DNA of 64,000 bases, taken from assembly GCA_944392815.1 (NCBI GenBank), contig CALXXY010000001.1:96001-160000 (forward strand), written 5' to 3'. Positions 8,706-17,634 of this stretch are shown in pieces. Position numbers and translations under genes: made by a program. The notes beneath the pieces were generated by a model. The model made no database searches, was not told where the DNA came from, and saw only the letters and a list, made by a program, of their open reading frames with translations. The first letter of the stretch is position 1, and every line of letters begins with the position of its first letter. The stretch is from an uncultured Alphaproteobacteria bacterium (GTDB lineage: Bacteria; Pseudomonadota; Alphaproteobacteria; Rs-D84).

Positions 8706-10421
8706 TTATATTGTGTAATTTCCGTATACGCCAACAGACAAAATCGTTGTTGGCAACTGTTCGTTGCTGGATATTGTCCACGGCGCAGTTATGCAATTTT
8801 GCTGGGTTCCCAGTATATTGACTGATACGTCACCACTGTATCCAGGGGCGGCGGCGTCATATATATTATCTGGGAACGGGGCACGCATGCCGTTTATGAA
8901 CAAAGTTTTTGTATCCAGCGTACGCGCCACTATTTTTCTGATACGCAATTTACGCGCGTTATGGCCAGATGCCCGCACAGGCAACGCTGATGCTGTATAT
9001 GAAAAATCATATTGCGACGCATCAGATAATGCTGTATCGGAAAAAGTTTCCAAATAACACGTGTCGCCACGCGCAACAACCACGTATGTTTTGCCCGCTA
9101 TGGTGGCCACTGATTTAAATGTGCCGTCGGTTTTATATCGCGCCCATGCAGAAATGCCCAGCGCGGAATTTTGATTCAGTACCGCCATATTGCCGTCTGT
9201 CATTACAACAAACAATTGACGCGTGTTTTCGTTATACGATATGTCCGTGGGCGTGTTCATTAAATGTTTTGCCTGGGTACATAAATCACGCGCATTGTAA
9301 TTTTCACCCAATGCGTCCAGCGTTAATTCGCGAATGTCCTGTTCGGTGGCGGAAATAAATACTGTGGCACCTTCGATTTTTTGCGGCGGCAAATAACGCG
9401 TGGCAACGCTGCCGACTGATGTGTGTTGTTTGATTTCAATTGACGATGGGGTCAAAGGTTTGCTGGATATCGCCCATTCGCCTGAATTAGTCAAAATTTG
9501 CAAATTGTCACTGCTGACCAATGTGCAGATTTGTTGGCGCTGTTGCGATAATAATGTGACGAAAATAGATTCGTCGTCCAGGCCCGTGCCAACATTAAAA
9601 TTATTATACTGGCCCACCCGCGACGCCCATATACCACTGGGCCACGATGGGGTTCCGCCGAAAATCAATCTGTCTTGGTGATATGTGACACTGCACGGCC
9701 AACCGCGACGGTCGCTGAATGCGGATTCGTACCAATCTGTGACGGGGTCGGACGGCAAATTATATTGCGAATTTGTATACGCGTATACTACAGTCGGACT
9801 GACGTATTCCGTGATTCGCCACTGATTATTTAACAACAACAGGTACCCACCAACAGAATTTTGTGTCCAAAACGCTTTGTTGGTGGTAAATGTTGCCGTG
9901 TTATTGCCCGCGCTGTTTGCGGTCACGGTAATATTAATGGTCGCTGCGTCATCGAATTTCATGAATGGCATGTTTAATGTCATATCTGAATCATTGCGTT
10001 TGAATTCGAACGGAACCAATTCGAAATTCACAGATCCCATTTGTAAAATACAGGGCTGATATTTTGGGTGAACGAATATCATCGTGCCATTTCGCTGGGC
10101 ATATTGAATTTTCGGATAATCATCAAAATCCCATTCGAATAATAAATCACATATAACCGTTGCACCGTCGTATATCAACATATGCCCATCAGTCAATGCC
10201 AATATATAATTTTCTGTTTCACTGACTGAAAATGGTATCAGGCGCGCAGACGATGTTAATGTGTCAACTGTGGCCAAACCGCGGCGCCGGCGCAGTCCAC
10301 CACCAGCGATAACGTCCATATTTTCCAAATACGACAATCCGTTTAAATTATCGCGTGCGTAAAATTCCGGGGAAACTTCGCCGTCTGCGAACGAGTTTTG
10401 GGTTTTAATAAAATCTGTCAT
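8706..10421 (-). CDS. Podovirus tail tubular protein B / nozzle (T7 gp12- or P22 gp10-like)
   Basis: N-terminal QNSFADGEVSPEFYAR...LENMDVIAGGGLRRRRG and GWPCSVTYHQDRLIFGG...WASRVG motifs; position after the adaptor gene. Confidence 0.8.
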   Translation of the reverse strand: MTDFIKTQNSFADGEVSPEFYARDNLNGLSYLENMDVIAGGGLRRRRGLATVDTLTSSARLIPFSVSETENYILALTDGHMLIYDGATVICDLLFEWDFDDYPKIQYAQRNGTMIFVHPKYQPCILQMGSVNFELVPFEFKRNDSDMTLNMPFMKFDDAATINITVTANSAGNNTATFTTNKAFWTQNSVGGYLLLLNNQWRITEYVSPTVVYAYTNSQYNLPSDPVTDWYESAFSDRRGWPCSVTYHQDRLIFGGTPSWPSGIWASRVGQYNNFNVGTGLDDESIFVTLLSQQRQQICTLVSSDNLQILTNSGEWAISSKPLTPSSIEIKQHTSVGSVATRYLPPQKIEGATVFISATEQDIRELTLDALGENYNARDLCTQAKHLMNTPTDISYNENTRQLFVVMTDGNMAVLNQNSALGISAWARYKTDGTFKSVATIAGKTYVVVARGDTCYLETFSDTALSDASQYDFSYTASALPVRASGHNARKLRIRKIVARTLDTKTLFINGMRAPFPDNIYDAAAPGYSGDVSVNILGTQQNCITAPWTISSNEQLPTTILSVGVYGNYTI

Positions 10422-10436
10422 GTTGTACCCCCGATA

Positions 10437-10958
10437 TTAAAATCGAACGTTTATCAGTGAAAAATTTTCTATATTTTCATGGGCGGCCGACGATGCGCTG
10501 TCTATGAATTTCGCAGATTGTAATTCTGTTTCATACAAAGCCGCCAGCATGCGAAACACGTTTTGGTCGCCTGTTAAAGGAATGCAAAATTCCATTGCCA
10601 ATTTTGTTGCCGCCAAAGACGTAAAATATCCCGGAAATTTATCCGGCGCGACGCGGACTGTGGCGTTTATAGTAATATTTTCCGATGGCGATATTATTTC
10701 GTTGCCGATAATTTCACCACTGCATTTTAATATGCGCAAACATTCCGCCGGAATTATAAAATTTCCATCGCTGTTTTTGTTCAGTTTGAATTTTCGTGTG
10801 GCAAATCGCCATGGGTGCATGGCCAGCAATGTATCCACCACAGAATCATACAAAGTGCGCGACAATTGCGCAGCCGGTGTATCGTCTGTTAATGACTGGA
10901 TCGGCCGTTCCCCCAATTTCAGCAATGCCAAAGAACACAAATCTATTTTCGTTTGCAT
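10437..10958 (-). CDS. Podovirus tail tubular protein A / head-tail adaptor (T7 gp11-like)
   Basis: IDLCSLALLKLGERPIQSL...LLAMHPWRFA motif typical of adaptor proteins. Confidence 0.8.
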   Translation of the reverse strand: MQTKIDLCSLALLKLGERPIQSLTDDTPAAQLSRTLYDSVVDTLLAMHPWRFATRKFKLNKNSDGNFIIPAECLRILKCSGEIIGNEIISPSENITINATVRVAPDKFPGYFTSLAATKLAMEFCIPLTGDQNVFRMLAALYETELQSAKFIDSASSAAHENIENFSLINVRF

Positions 10959-10981
10959 AAATTCCCCCATAGGTCACAAAT

Positions 10982-11009
10982 AAAAATCCGGGGCAACAAC
11001 CTGCCCCGG
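10982..11009 (-). terminator. Intrinsic terminator between the capsid genes and tail genes
   Basis: On the minus strand, CCGGGGCA-ggttgt-TGCCCCGG followed by ATTTTT. Confidence 0.7.
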
Positions 11010-11019
11010 TATAAAAAAG

Positions 11020-11247
11020 TTATGACAATGCGCCAACCGTGATACTGTCACCAACTGTGACTGTTTTAATAGACGTTGCGTCCGACGCGTTTATGATAAC
11101 CATATCGCCCGTATTCATCAATGTTTTCACATCATCAAAATATCCAGACGCGCCGATTGTCGCCATCGTTTCGGCTGCGGCATAATGCCACAATGTAAAT
11201 CCGTTTGCATACGCAATTACGGACAGATTTTTATTTTGAAACGCCAT
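11020..11247 (-). CDS. Small capsid-associated protein (decoration-like, inferred)
   Basis: LSVIAYANGFTLWHY motif; directly follows the capsid gene; AAAGGA SD. Confidence 0.6.
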   Translation of the reverse strand: MAFQNKNLSVIAYANGFTLWHYAAAETMATIGASGYFDDVKTLMNTGDMVIINASDATSIKTVTVGDSITVGALS

Positions 11248-11279
11248 TGATTTTTTCCTTTGTATTTATTGGTTGTTAA

Positions 11280-12098
11280 TTAATCTTTGCATTTGATACG
11301 AACGATACCAGTGTCGTCAATCATGACTGCGCCCTGGGACATGCTGTTGCTGATGAAATGAGCCGCCCGTTCGCCGTGCCATGAAATATCTGTTTTTACT
11401 TCCTGGCCACAGGCATGACCGATGCTGGTTGCGTGATACATGAAACAGTCACGCTTGGACGTGTCCGACAACGGTAAATCGTTGTACAGAACCCATGTTA
11501 TGCCCAACCACTGTTTGGACGCCCCGCCAGATATCAATGGCAGATTGTCGCCCACGTAATCGCCGGATACAAATTCATCTATCCCCAGCAATTCATTCCA
11601 TTGGTGCACGCCAATGACTGCAAATCTGCGGCCATCATCGGGAACATCGTTTTCATTTAACACTTCCAATGCGGACAAAATTAAATCTTTGGTCAGACCG
11701 GTTGAATAATCGCCCACAGATGTTGTGGCGGACGACATTGCGCCAACAATCAATTCGTCTGTTTTGCGCCCCAGTGCATACGCACCAGCAGACGCAACAA
11801 CACGACGTTCGTCAATGTTGGTTTTTAATTCGTCCAATGCGTCAACCCAATCACCCGCATAATAGTCCTGCAAAATACATTCCACAGGTTCGTGATTCAA
11901 ATTCATCACAGGCACAATACCGTGACGCGATTTTGTGCTGGCGGTGCCACGACCAACCTTTTGGAAAGTGGTGGACGCACCGACAACCCCAGATTTGCTG
12001 CGTACCGTGGCACGCAGTTTTGTGCCCATTTGCTGATATGCCAAATGGACGTCGGCTTCGAACTGTTTGACAAAGACCTGATCAACTGAAACAGACAT
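11280..12098 (-). CDS. Major capsid protein, podophage type
   Basis: FVKQFEADVHLAYQQMGTKLR, AGAYALGRKTDELI and DVPDDGRRF match the BPP-1/T7-like capsid family; strong SD AAAGGAAA. Confidence 0.85.
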   Translation of the reverse strand: MSVSVDQVFVKQFEADVHLAYQQMGTKLRATVRSKSGVVGASTTFQKVGRGTASTKSRHGIVPVMNLNHEPVECILQDYYAGDWVDALDELKTNIDERRVVASAGAYALGRKTDELIVGAMSSATTSVGDYSTGLTKDLILSALEVLNENDVPDDGRRFAVIGVHQWNELLGIDEFVSGDYVGDNLPLISGGASKQWLGITWVLYNDLPLSDTSKRDCFMYHATSIGHACGQEVKTDISWHGERAAHFISNSMSQGAVMIDDTGIVRIKCKD

Positions 12099-12298
12099 TA
12101 TTAATTTCCTTTTGCTGTAAAAAATAAAAAAAGACGTAATAAAAAATTACGTCGGTAAATTTTATGATTATGGTTGTGCACATAAACATATGCGCCATAT
12201 ACATAAAACAAATTGGGTCCGTTATCGGATTGTCCAAAAAAATATTCAATCAGACGAAATAAAATCTGATTGAATATTTTATGCGGGGGCAATTAAAA

Positions 12299-12319
12299 AT
12301 CCCCGGAATTCCGGGGATT
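12299..12319 (-). terminator. Terminator after the histone-like gene
   Basis: Palindrome ATCCCCGGAATTCCGGGGAT followed by a T-run on the minus strand. Confidence 0.6.
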
Positions 12320-12322
12320 ATA

Positions 12323-12676
12323 TTATTTTTTCTTTGCACATGCTTTTTTTACCGGTTTTTTCGCAACAACTTTTTTTGCGACCGGTTTTTTCGCTGCTAC
12401 TTTTTTAACAGCAACTTTTTTTGCAGGTGCTTTTTTAGCAACAACTTTTTTTGCAACTGGTTTTTTCACCGCTGCTTTTTTAGCAACTGGTTTTTTCGCT
12501 GCAACTGGTTTTTTAACTGCTACTTTTTTAGCAACAGGTTTTTTTGCAACAACTTTTTTTGCTGCTGGTTTTTTGGCAAGTGCTTTTTTAGCAACTGGTT
12601 TCTTTGCAACCGGTTTGGCAGCCGGCTTTTTCGCGGCGGCTTTCTTTGCGGCTGGTTTCAAGAATGTGAATGCCAT
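12323..12676 (-). CDS. Histone H1-like (Hc2/AlgP-type) Lys/Ala/Pro/Val-rich DNA-binding protein
   Basis: 117 aa made almost entirely of xxAKK pentapeptide repeats; SD AAGGAG before MAFTFLK. Confidence 0.8.
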   Translation of the reverse strand: MAFTFLKPAAKKAAAKKPAAKPVAKKPVAKKALAKKPAAKKVVAKKPVAKKVAVKKPVAAKKPVAKKAAVKKPVAKKVVAKKAPAKKVAVKKVAAKKPVAKKVVAKKPVKKACAKKK

Positions 12677-12780
12677 TCTTCTCTCCTTTTTATTTTTTGG
12701 ATAGAACAAATTTCTTTTGTTCTTACTTTTATTTTATATGAAAGAAAAAAAATAGTAAAGAAGAAAGTGCATTTTTTTCA

Positions 12781-13437
12781 TCACGAATATAATTTTTTAA
12801 ATCCATTTTCAATTTTGCGAACGTATTCTGGATCCATATCGCGCCAATATTTTGGATCGCGCATCATGCGACGCAGTTCATCATCTGTTAAATTTTTTTG
12901 TGGCGCATCATTGGTTTCAATCGATGGTTCCATCGTTTGCATCATCGCGTAAATGCTGCGGATTCCCTGGGGTGTAGCGCACAGAGTTTCAAACGCATCA
13001 CGTGGTAAATATTTTTCGCCGAACGAATTTATTGCATTTAATGCGTCACACATTTTTTGTTCATCGCCGAAAAAATTTTTTAATTCACTGATTGCATTTG
13101 TTTCATTTTGCACATCAAATAATTCTGATAACACAGGTGTTAAAAATTCTTCTGCGATACGATAAATTTGTTCAACCTGGGACGAAGTTAATCCAATTTC
13201 AAAAAATTTTTCGCGCAACGATTCGTCATCAAACAATTCATTTGTCGGATATTCAGACGAATCATTTGGCACACCAATTGCACGATTAAATTTGGCACGT
13301 GTGTCTGCATCGCTGTCTGCGTTTGGCACAGAAACCATCGTTCCGATTTTCTTTTCCAATTCAGAATATGATTTTAATAATGCGGCTGTGTTTAATGTAC
13401 CGTCTTTATTCAGAAATTTTTCTGGAATGTTTTCCAT
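12781..13437 (-). CDS. Capsid assembly (scaffolding) protein, T7 gp9-like
   Basis: IPEKF...LLKSYSELEKKIG N-terminus and MMRDPKYWRD..PEYVRKI C-terminus are typical of podophage scaffold proteins; acidic and helical. Confidence 0.78.
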   Translation of the reverse strand: MENIPEKFLNKDGTLNTAALLKSYSELEKKIGTMVSVPNADSDADTRAKFNRAIGVPNDSSEYPTNELFDDESLREKFFEIGLTSSQVEQIYRIAEEFLTPVLSELFDVQNETNAISELKNFFGDEQKMCDALNAINSFGEKYLPRDAFETLCATPQGIRSIYAMMQTMEPSIETNDAPQKNLTDDELRRMMRDPKYWRDMDPEYVRKIENGFKKLYS

Positions 13438-13627
13438 TTGTGTTCCTTTTGTTTTCGCTGGATTTACGCAGAAAATAAATTCCGCCCAATGTAAATATTG
13501 ATTGCAGCATTGTGAATATATCTGTATCACCAACCAAATACGCGCCCAGTGCTGATAATATTCCAATGCTTGATATTATGTATGTTCTGTGTCCGGATAA
13601 AAATCCGCCACTGATAATTTTTTTCAT
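13406..13627 (-). CDS. Holin-like small membrane protein
   Basis: GHRTYII followed by two short hydrophobic helices and a basic tail; lies next to the hydrolase gene. Confidence 0.55.
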   Translation of the reverse strand: MKKIISGGFLSGHRTYIISSIGILSALGAYLVGDTDIFTMLQSIFTLGGIYFLRKSSENKRNTNGKHSRKISE

Positions 13628-13644
13628 AACCTGTCCATTTTGTA

Positions 13645-14055
13645 TTACAGATAAAACAACAATCCATCTATGTCGGCGATATACCCACGCGCAGTCGCCC
13701 AATCTGGTATCAATCCATCATGGTGAAAACGCGTCGCGCCATTGCAACAATCCGGCAACAGGCCATGCAACATTCTGCGTGCCACGCGCACACACATTTG
13801 AAATCCGGAATCTGTCGACGTCACAGACAATAATTCATTATCCGGTGATGCAGGATTTAACACTGGGAATAAATCTGCGTCCAATGCGACGTCCACAACA
13901 CATCTGTGCGTGGCCACCGCGGAATTATAAATCATGGACGTTAACGCTTCGACCACACGCAATGATACAGCGTGTGTTTCTGCATATACTGTACGCGCAA
14001 TTTTATACGCCACAGATTGCAATTCATCTGTGTTTTTAATTAATGTCAATTGCAT
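13645..14055 (-). CDS. Cell-wall hydrolase (SleB/Hydrolase_2-like), divergent
   Basis: IARTVYAE (catalytic Glu position) and GATRFH...PDWA...GLLFY motifs. Confidence 0.7.
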   Translation of the reverse strand: MQLTLIKNTDELQSVAYKIARTVYAETHAVSLRVVEALTSMIYNSAVATHRCVVDVALDADLFPVLNPASPDNELLSVTSTDSGFQMCVRVARRMLHGLLPDCCNGATRFHHDGLIPDWATARGYIADIDGLLFYL

Positions 14056-14208
14056 GTGCTGAATGCCCCTGTGATTGTTGAAATAAAAAATGGGCCGCAA
14101 CAAAGTGCGACCCAAAATAAAAATCCGCCGGTTTCCCGCGGACATACTTTTACCTGTTCATGCGTTCTATAGTATCATATTTGAACACAAAAGTCAAGAA
14201 AATAATTT

Positions 14209-14889
14209 TTACATGCTGATTTCGTCACCATAGGCCAGCATATAACGCGACCCATTTCGCAGCACCAGCGCACCATTTTCATTTATTCCAATCAGTTCAA
14301 CATTATCACCGCGATATTTTACGATTTTATTTAATCCTGTGGCCAAATCCATCCAGCGCGCGCGCACCAATGGAAAATCTGCACGCCGCCATTTGTCCAA
14401 ATTTTTCATAAGTTTATTTAACAATTCCGTTTTATCCACAGACGCATAATTATCCAATTTTGTCGTTTTATACTGTGGTACGGTCGGATTTGTTTTTATA
14501 TTAATTCCAATACCCACAATGACAAAACGTGCGGCGTATTCGATTAAAATCCCACACACCTTGGCCCCGTCTATTAATATATCGTTTGGCCATTTAATTT
14601 TGGGGTGAATGCCGAACGCAATCAATGTTTCCGCCACCGCCACCGCAACAACATATGACAGACGCGGATCACGTTCGTCGCATTCAAAAATAAAACTGAC
14701 GTACAAATTACCATGATGCGACACCCATGTGCGTTGATACCGACCGCGGCCCGCGGATTGCGCCTGGGCCATGATGACGGTATGATCGCGGGCCTGGCCC
14801 ATGGCGACCAGTTCCAGTGCATATGTTTGCGTGCTGGGGATTTTATCAAACGAAATTAATTTATATCCGGCCAAGTTTATATACCCCAT
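14209..14889 (-). CDS. birA: Biotin-[acetyl-CoA-carboxylase] ligase
   Basis: STQ, QSAGRGRYQRTW, IKWPNDILIDGAKVCGILIE and GIGIN motifs. Confidence 0.93.
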   Translation of the reverse strand: MGYINLAGYKLISFDKIPSTQTYALELVAMGQARDHTVIMAQAQSAGRGRYQRTWVSHHGNLYVSFIFECDERDPRLSYVVAVAVAETLIAFGIHPKIKWPNDILIDGAKVCGILIEYAARFVIVGIGINIKTNPTVPQYKTTKLDNYASVDKTELLNKLMKNLDKWRRADFPLVRARWMDLATGLNKIVKYRGDNVELIGINENGALVLRNGSRYMLAYGDEISM

Positions 14890-15283
14890 CTGAATTTATT
14901 ATGAAATCACGCCCGAACGTTTTGCGCAATTGATATATAGACGTATCCACTGTATGCGTTGTGGCGTTCGGGGAATATCCCAACGCGGTCCGCAAATCAG
15001 ACGCCGACATTCCGCCCGTTTTATGCAACAGCAACACTATTTGCGCCTGGGTATACGGCAAATGAACGCTGCGGCCAAAAATCTGGTGCAGTTGTTGAAT
15101 GTTGCCATCAATTGCGTTTTGTATGGCGGTTTTAATCGCGATTGGCGTGGCCGGCATATTTATGTCCAGCCCATCAAAATCCACGCATGTGGCGTCCATG
15201 ACGTCGGACACAGTCGCACCGAATTCAGATAAAATCTGGCGCCAAACTGGGTCTGATGAAAAAATTTTTATTCCGTTTAACAT
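14861..15283 (-). CDS. Protein with a C-terminal OmpR-type winged-helix domain
   Basis: LGYSPNATTHTVDTSIYQLRK...GVYKL matches the Trans_reg_C pattern; no intact receiver domain. Confidence 0.7.
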   Translation of the reverse strand: MLNGIKIFSSDPVWRQILSEFGATVSDVMDATCVDFDGLDINMPATPIAIKTAIQNAIDGNIQQLHQIFGRSVHLPYTQAQIVLLLHKTGGMSASDLRTALGYSPNATTHTVDTSIYQLRKTFGRDFIINSDGVYKLGRI

Positions 15284-15376
15284 CTGCTATCCCCAGAATA
15301 ATAAATGCCTGCCCCATTGTCCAACAAAAAAGACCGCGTTATATTCCGCGGTCAGATGTATCCAAAACGCATGGCG

Positions 15377-15625
15377 TTATCGGTCGTGACCAGTATTTTG
15401 CGGTTCTATGAATTTGGTAAAATCCTGGATACTGGCACCAGTTGACGACAAAATTTTTGAAATACTGTTTGTCGACGGCCAGCGCGGTTGGCCTTCTTTG
15501 GACCAACGTTTGCTTTTGTTGAATGTGGTTGGGTCCAAACCACTGCATTTCGCCAGCCCAGAACAAGACATACCATGTTCGGTTGCAAAGCGTTCTATGG
15601 CCCGCCAGACATCTTCGTGTGTCAT
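15377..15625 (-). CDS. Stand-alone repressor-type HTH protein (paralogue 1)
   Basis: VWRAIERFA...SCSGLAKCSGLDPTTFNKSKR...PRWPST matches the N-domain of alphaproteobacterial HTH-S24 repressors. Confidence 0.85.
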   Translation of the reverse strand: MTHEDVWRAIERFATEHGMSCSGLAKCSGLDPTTFNKSKRWSKEGQPRWPSTNSISKILSSTGASIQDFTKFIEPQNTGHDR

Positions 15626-15798
15626 TTTCTCTCTCCTGTGGTTAAATTTGGGGCATATGCTCGCTGTGGGACATATGTCTGGTATTGATTTTATTCCAGT
15701 TCACACCCACAGACAACAAGGACCATTTCCTATTTCCGCAGAAATCCGGGGTTTCTGTTCCTAAAAATAACACTAAAAAATAAATTTGACAAAAATAC

Positions 15799-15827
15799 TT
15801 GACAAATAGCAATTTATGTATTACATT
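15799..15827 (+). promoter_or_regulatory. Sigma70-like promoter of the putative sRNA
   Basis: TTGACA-17 nt-TACATT, with no credible downstream CDS on the + strand. Confidence 0.6.
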
Positions 15828-15833
15828 TCGATT

Positions 15834-16025
15834 CGTCAAAGGGGGCAACCCCTGCGGCTGGGTTGAAAAACCCATATTGGGGTTCAGGGATTCAGACTCC
15901 CTCCTACATTCTCTCTCCTCTGGACTCTGGACCCCAAATTCAGTTTAGAATGCCCATTTCTTTTTCTCCTTTCCTTCCTTTCGGGGCATTCGGAAACACC
16001 GGCGGGCAACCGCCGGCGTTTTTTG
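15834..16025 (+). ncRNA. Putative ~190-nt sRNA with pyrimidine-rich anti-SD loops
   Basis: Promoter, successive hairpins with CTCCT-containing loops, and a terminal GC-rich hairpin (CCGGCGG gcaa CCGCCGG) plus T-run. Confidence 0.6.
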
Positions 16026-16036
16026 TATTTATAAAA

Positions 16037-16963
16037 TTATTTGGAAAATACAGAAAATAATTCCCAATGCGCGCTGCCGACAAATTGGTCGATTGGGACT
16101 AACGTTGTCATTTTATATCCGCCACGTGTCAATATATTTGAATCACGCCGCCAGGTCGCTGGATTGCACGACACATATATCACCCGCGACACACGGCTGT
16201 TGACGAGTTCCCTGCATTGGGCGAACGCGCCGGCACGCGGCGGGTCCATAACCACACAATCATATTGATTTAACATACCAACAGTCAACGGGTGGGTAAA
16301 CAAATCGCGTTTCATGCCCGCGCCCATTATGTCAAAACCATCGGCATTTAACGCAAATGTAAAATTCCCCAGTCCACAGAACAAATCTGCCACGCGCGTG
16401 CACCCCTGGGCCGCGGCAACCACCATATCACGCATGGCACGTTCACTGGCAACCGTTGGTTGCAAAAACGCGTTTGGTGGGTATTCCACACTGTGGCCGT
16501 CAAAATCAATTATCGGTGTGGCGCGTTGCATAACCGTGCGATTGCCCCATGTAAAACGTATCACGCCGGGTAGTTTTTCAACCGCATTCTTTAATTCCGA
16601 TGAAAAATACGGCACCACAGACGTCACGGCCACATCAATACCATTTTCGCACAGCGTGACCAGGCATGCCCCCGCCCCACCCCACGGCAATGCCGCCAGG
16701 CGCGGAATAATCGCGTTGATTTCTGGGCACAGCAACGGGCACGCGCCAATTTTGACTATATTTTTAGAACGATGTTGATAAAAACCAAACGCGCCGTCCG
16801 CAAATGCGAAATCTGCACGTCTGCGGGTGGCGGGCGGCGTCCACACAGGGGCGCCCGTTATTGGCAATGCTGATATTTCTGATAATTTTTTATCATGATA
16901 ATCTGGGGCCGCAAAATCATATTTGCAACCACCACAAACACCAAAAAACGGACACGTTTTCAT
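16037..16963 (-). CDS. RNA (uracil-5)-methyltransferase, TrmA/RlmD family
   Basis: CPFFGVCGGC cluster, AFLQ, DLFCGLGNF, MDPPRAG and YVSCNPAT motifs. Confidence 0.88.
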   Translation of the reverse strand: MKTCPFFGVCGGCKYDFAAPDYHDKKLSEISALPITGAPVWTPPATRRRADFAFADGAFGFYQHRSKNIVKIGACPLLCPEINAIIPRLAALPWGGAGACLVTLCENGIDVAVTSVVPYFSSELKNAVEKLPGVIRFTWGNRTVMQRATPIIDFDGHSVEYPPNAFLQPTVASERAMRDMVVAAAQGCTRVADLFCGLGNFTFALNADGFDIMGAGMKRDLFTHPLTVGMLNQYDCVVMDPPRAGAFAQCRELVNSRVSRVIYVSCNPATWRRDSNILTRGGYKMTTLVPIDQFVGSAHWELFSVFSK

Positions 16964-16969
16964 ATTATA

Positions 16970-17629
16970 TTAAAAATGCACACGCGCCCCCACACGGAAC
17001 TGATGTCCGGCGGGCGCAAAATCTGATATCGCACCGAATTCAGGCGAAAACATATACATGTATCTGTACCCGAAATCCAGCGCAAAATATTGTCCCAATT
17101 CCACCGACAACCCGGCCATGGCCGCCAAAGCCGGCGTTATTTTATGCCCCAACGACGTATCGTCCGATGAATTCCATGATACACCGGCCCCCACGCCGAC
17201 ATATGGTACCATACGCTGGTGATAAAACAGACGATACAGGTTGCCTATGCGGGCGTCAAATATTGCGTTAATCATTGCGGTGTCGGCCGTTAAATTAAAC
17301 GCGTCCCATTTGGCCGATGTGCGGATATAGTTTGCCTCTATCCTGAAAATGTCAAATGCGCGAACGCCGGCGACAACCTCGAACGAAGAGGTTGTTTTTC
17401 CCGATACATGTGTCACATCGTCTGCGCCATTGTTCCACAATGTAAAATCATACATGCCACCAACGTAAAACCGACGCAGACGGGCCAACGCCTGGGAATC
17501 GGCGCCGGACACCGTTTGTTCCACCGGCATATCAATTTGTTCCACGCGATAGGGAATCGCCGCATTTGCGACCATTGGCAACATACACAAAGCACTGATT
17601 ATTATTTTCGATTTCATTTTATTCCCCAT
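16970..17629 (-). CDS. Outer-membrane beta-barrel protein (OmpA/Opa-like)
   Basis: Signal peptide, PYVGVGAG, LDFGYRY and terminal Phe. Confidence 0.8.
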   Translation of the reverse strand: MGNKMKSKIIISALCMLPMVANAAIPYRVEQIDMPVEQTVSGADSQALARLRRFYVGGMYDFTLWNNGADDVTHVSGKTTSSFEVVAGVRAFDIFRIEANYIRTSAKWDAFNLTADTAMINAIFDARIGNLYRLFYHQRMVPYVGVGAGVSWNSSDDTSLGHKITPALAAMAGLSVELGQYFALDFGYRYMYMFSPEFGAISDFAPAGHQFRVGARVHF

Positions 17630-17634
17630 CTTTA

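Noticed and set aside
12281-12952. 223-aa Phe/Cys-rich + strand ORF
   Set aside because: It is the antisense of the Lys-rich repeat gene.
1837-14055. Intact inducible prophage
   Set aside because: No integrase, att sites or phage replication genes are visible, and host genes interrupt the module. dnaB looks like the cellular enzyme and is on the opposite strand.
1837-14055. Diversity-generating retroelement, suggested by the BPP-1-like genes
   Set aside because: No reverse transcriptase or template/variable repeat pair was seen in the window.
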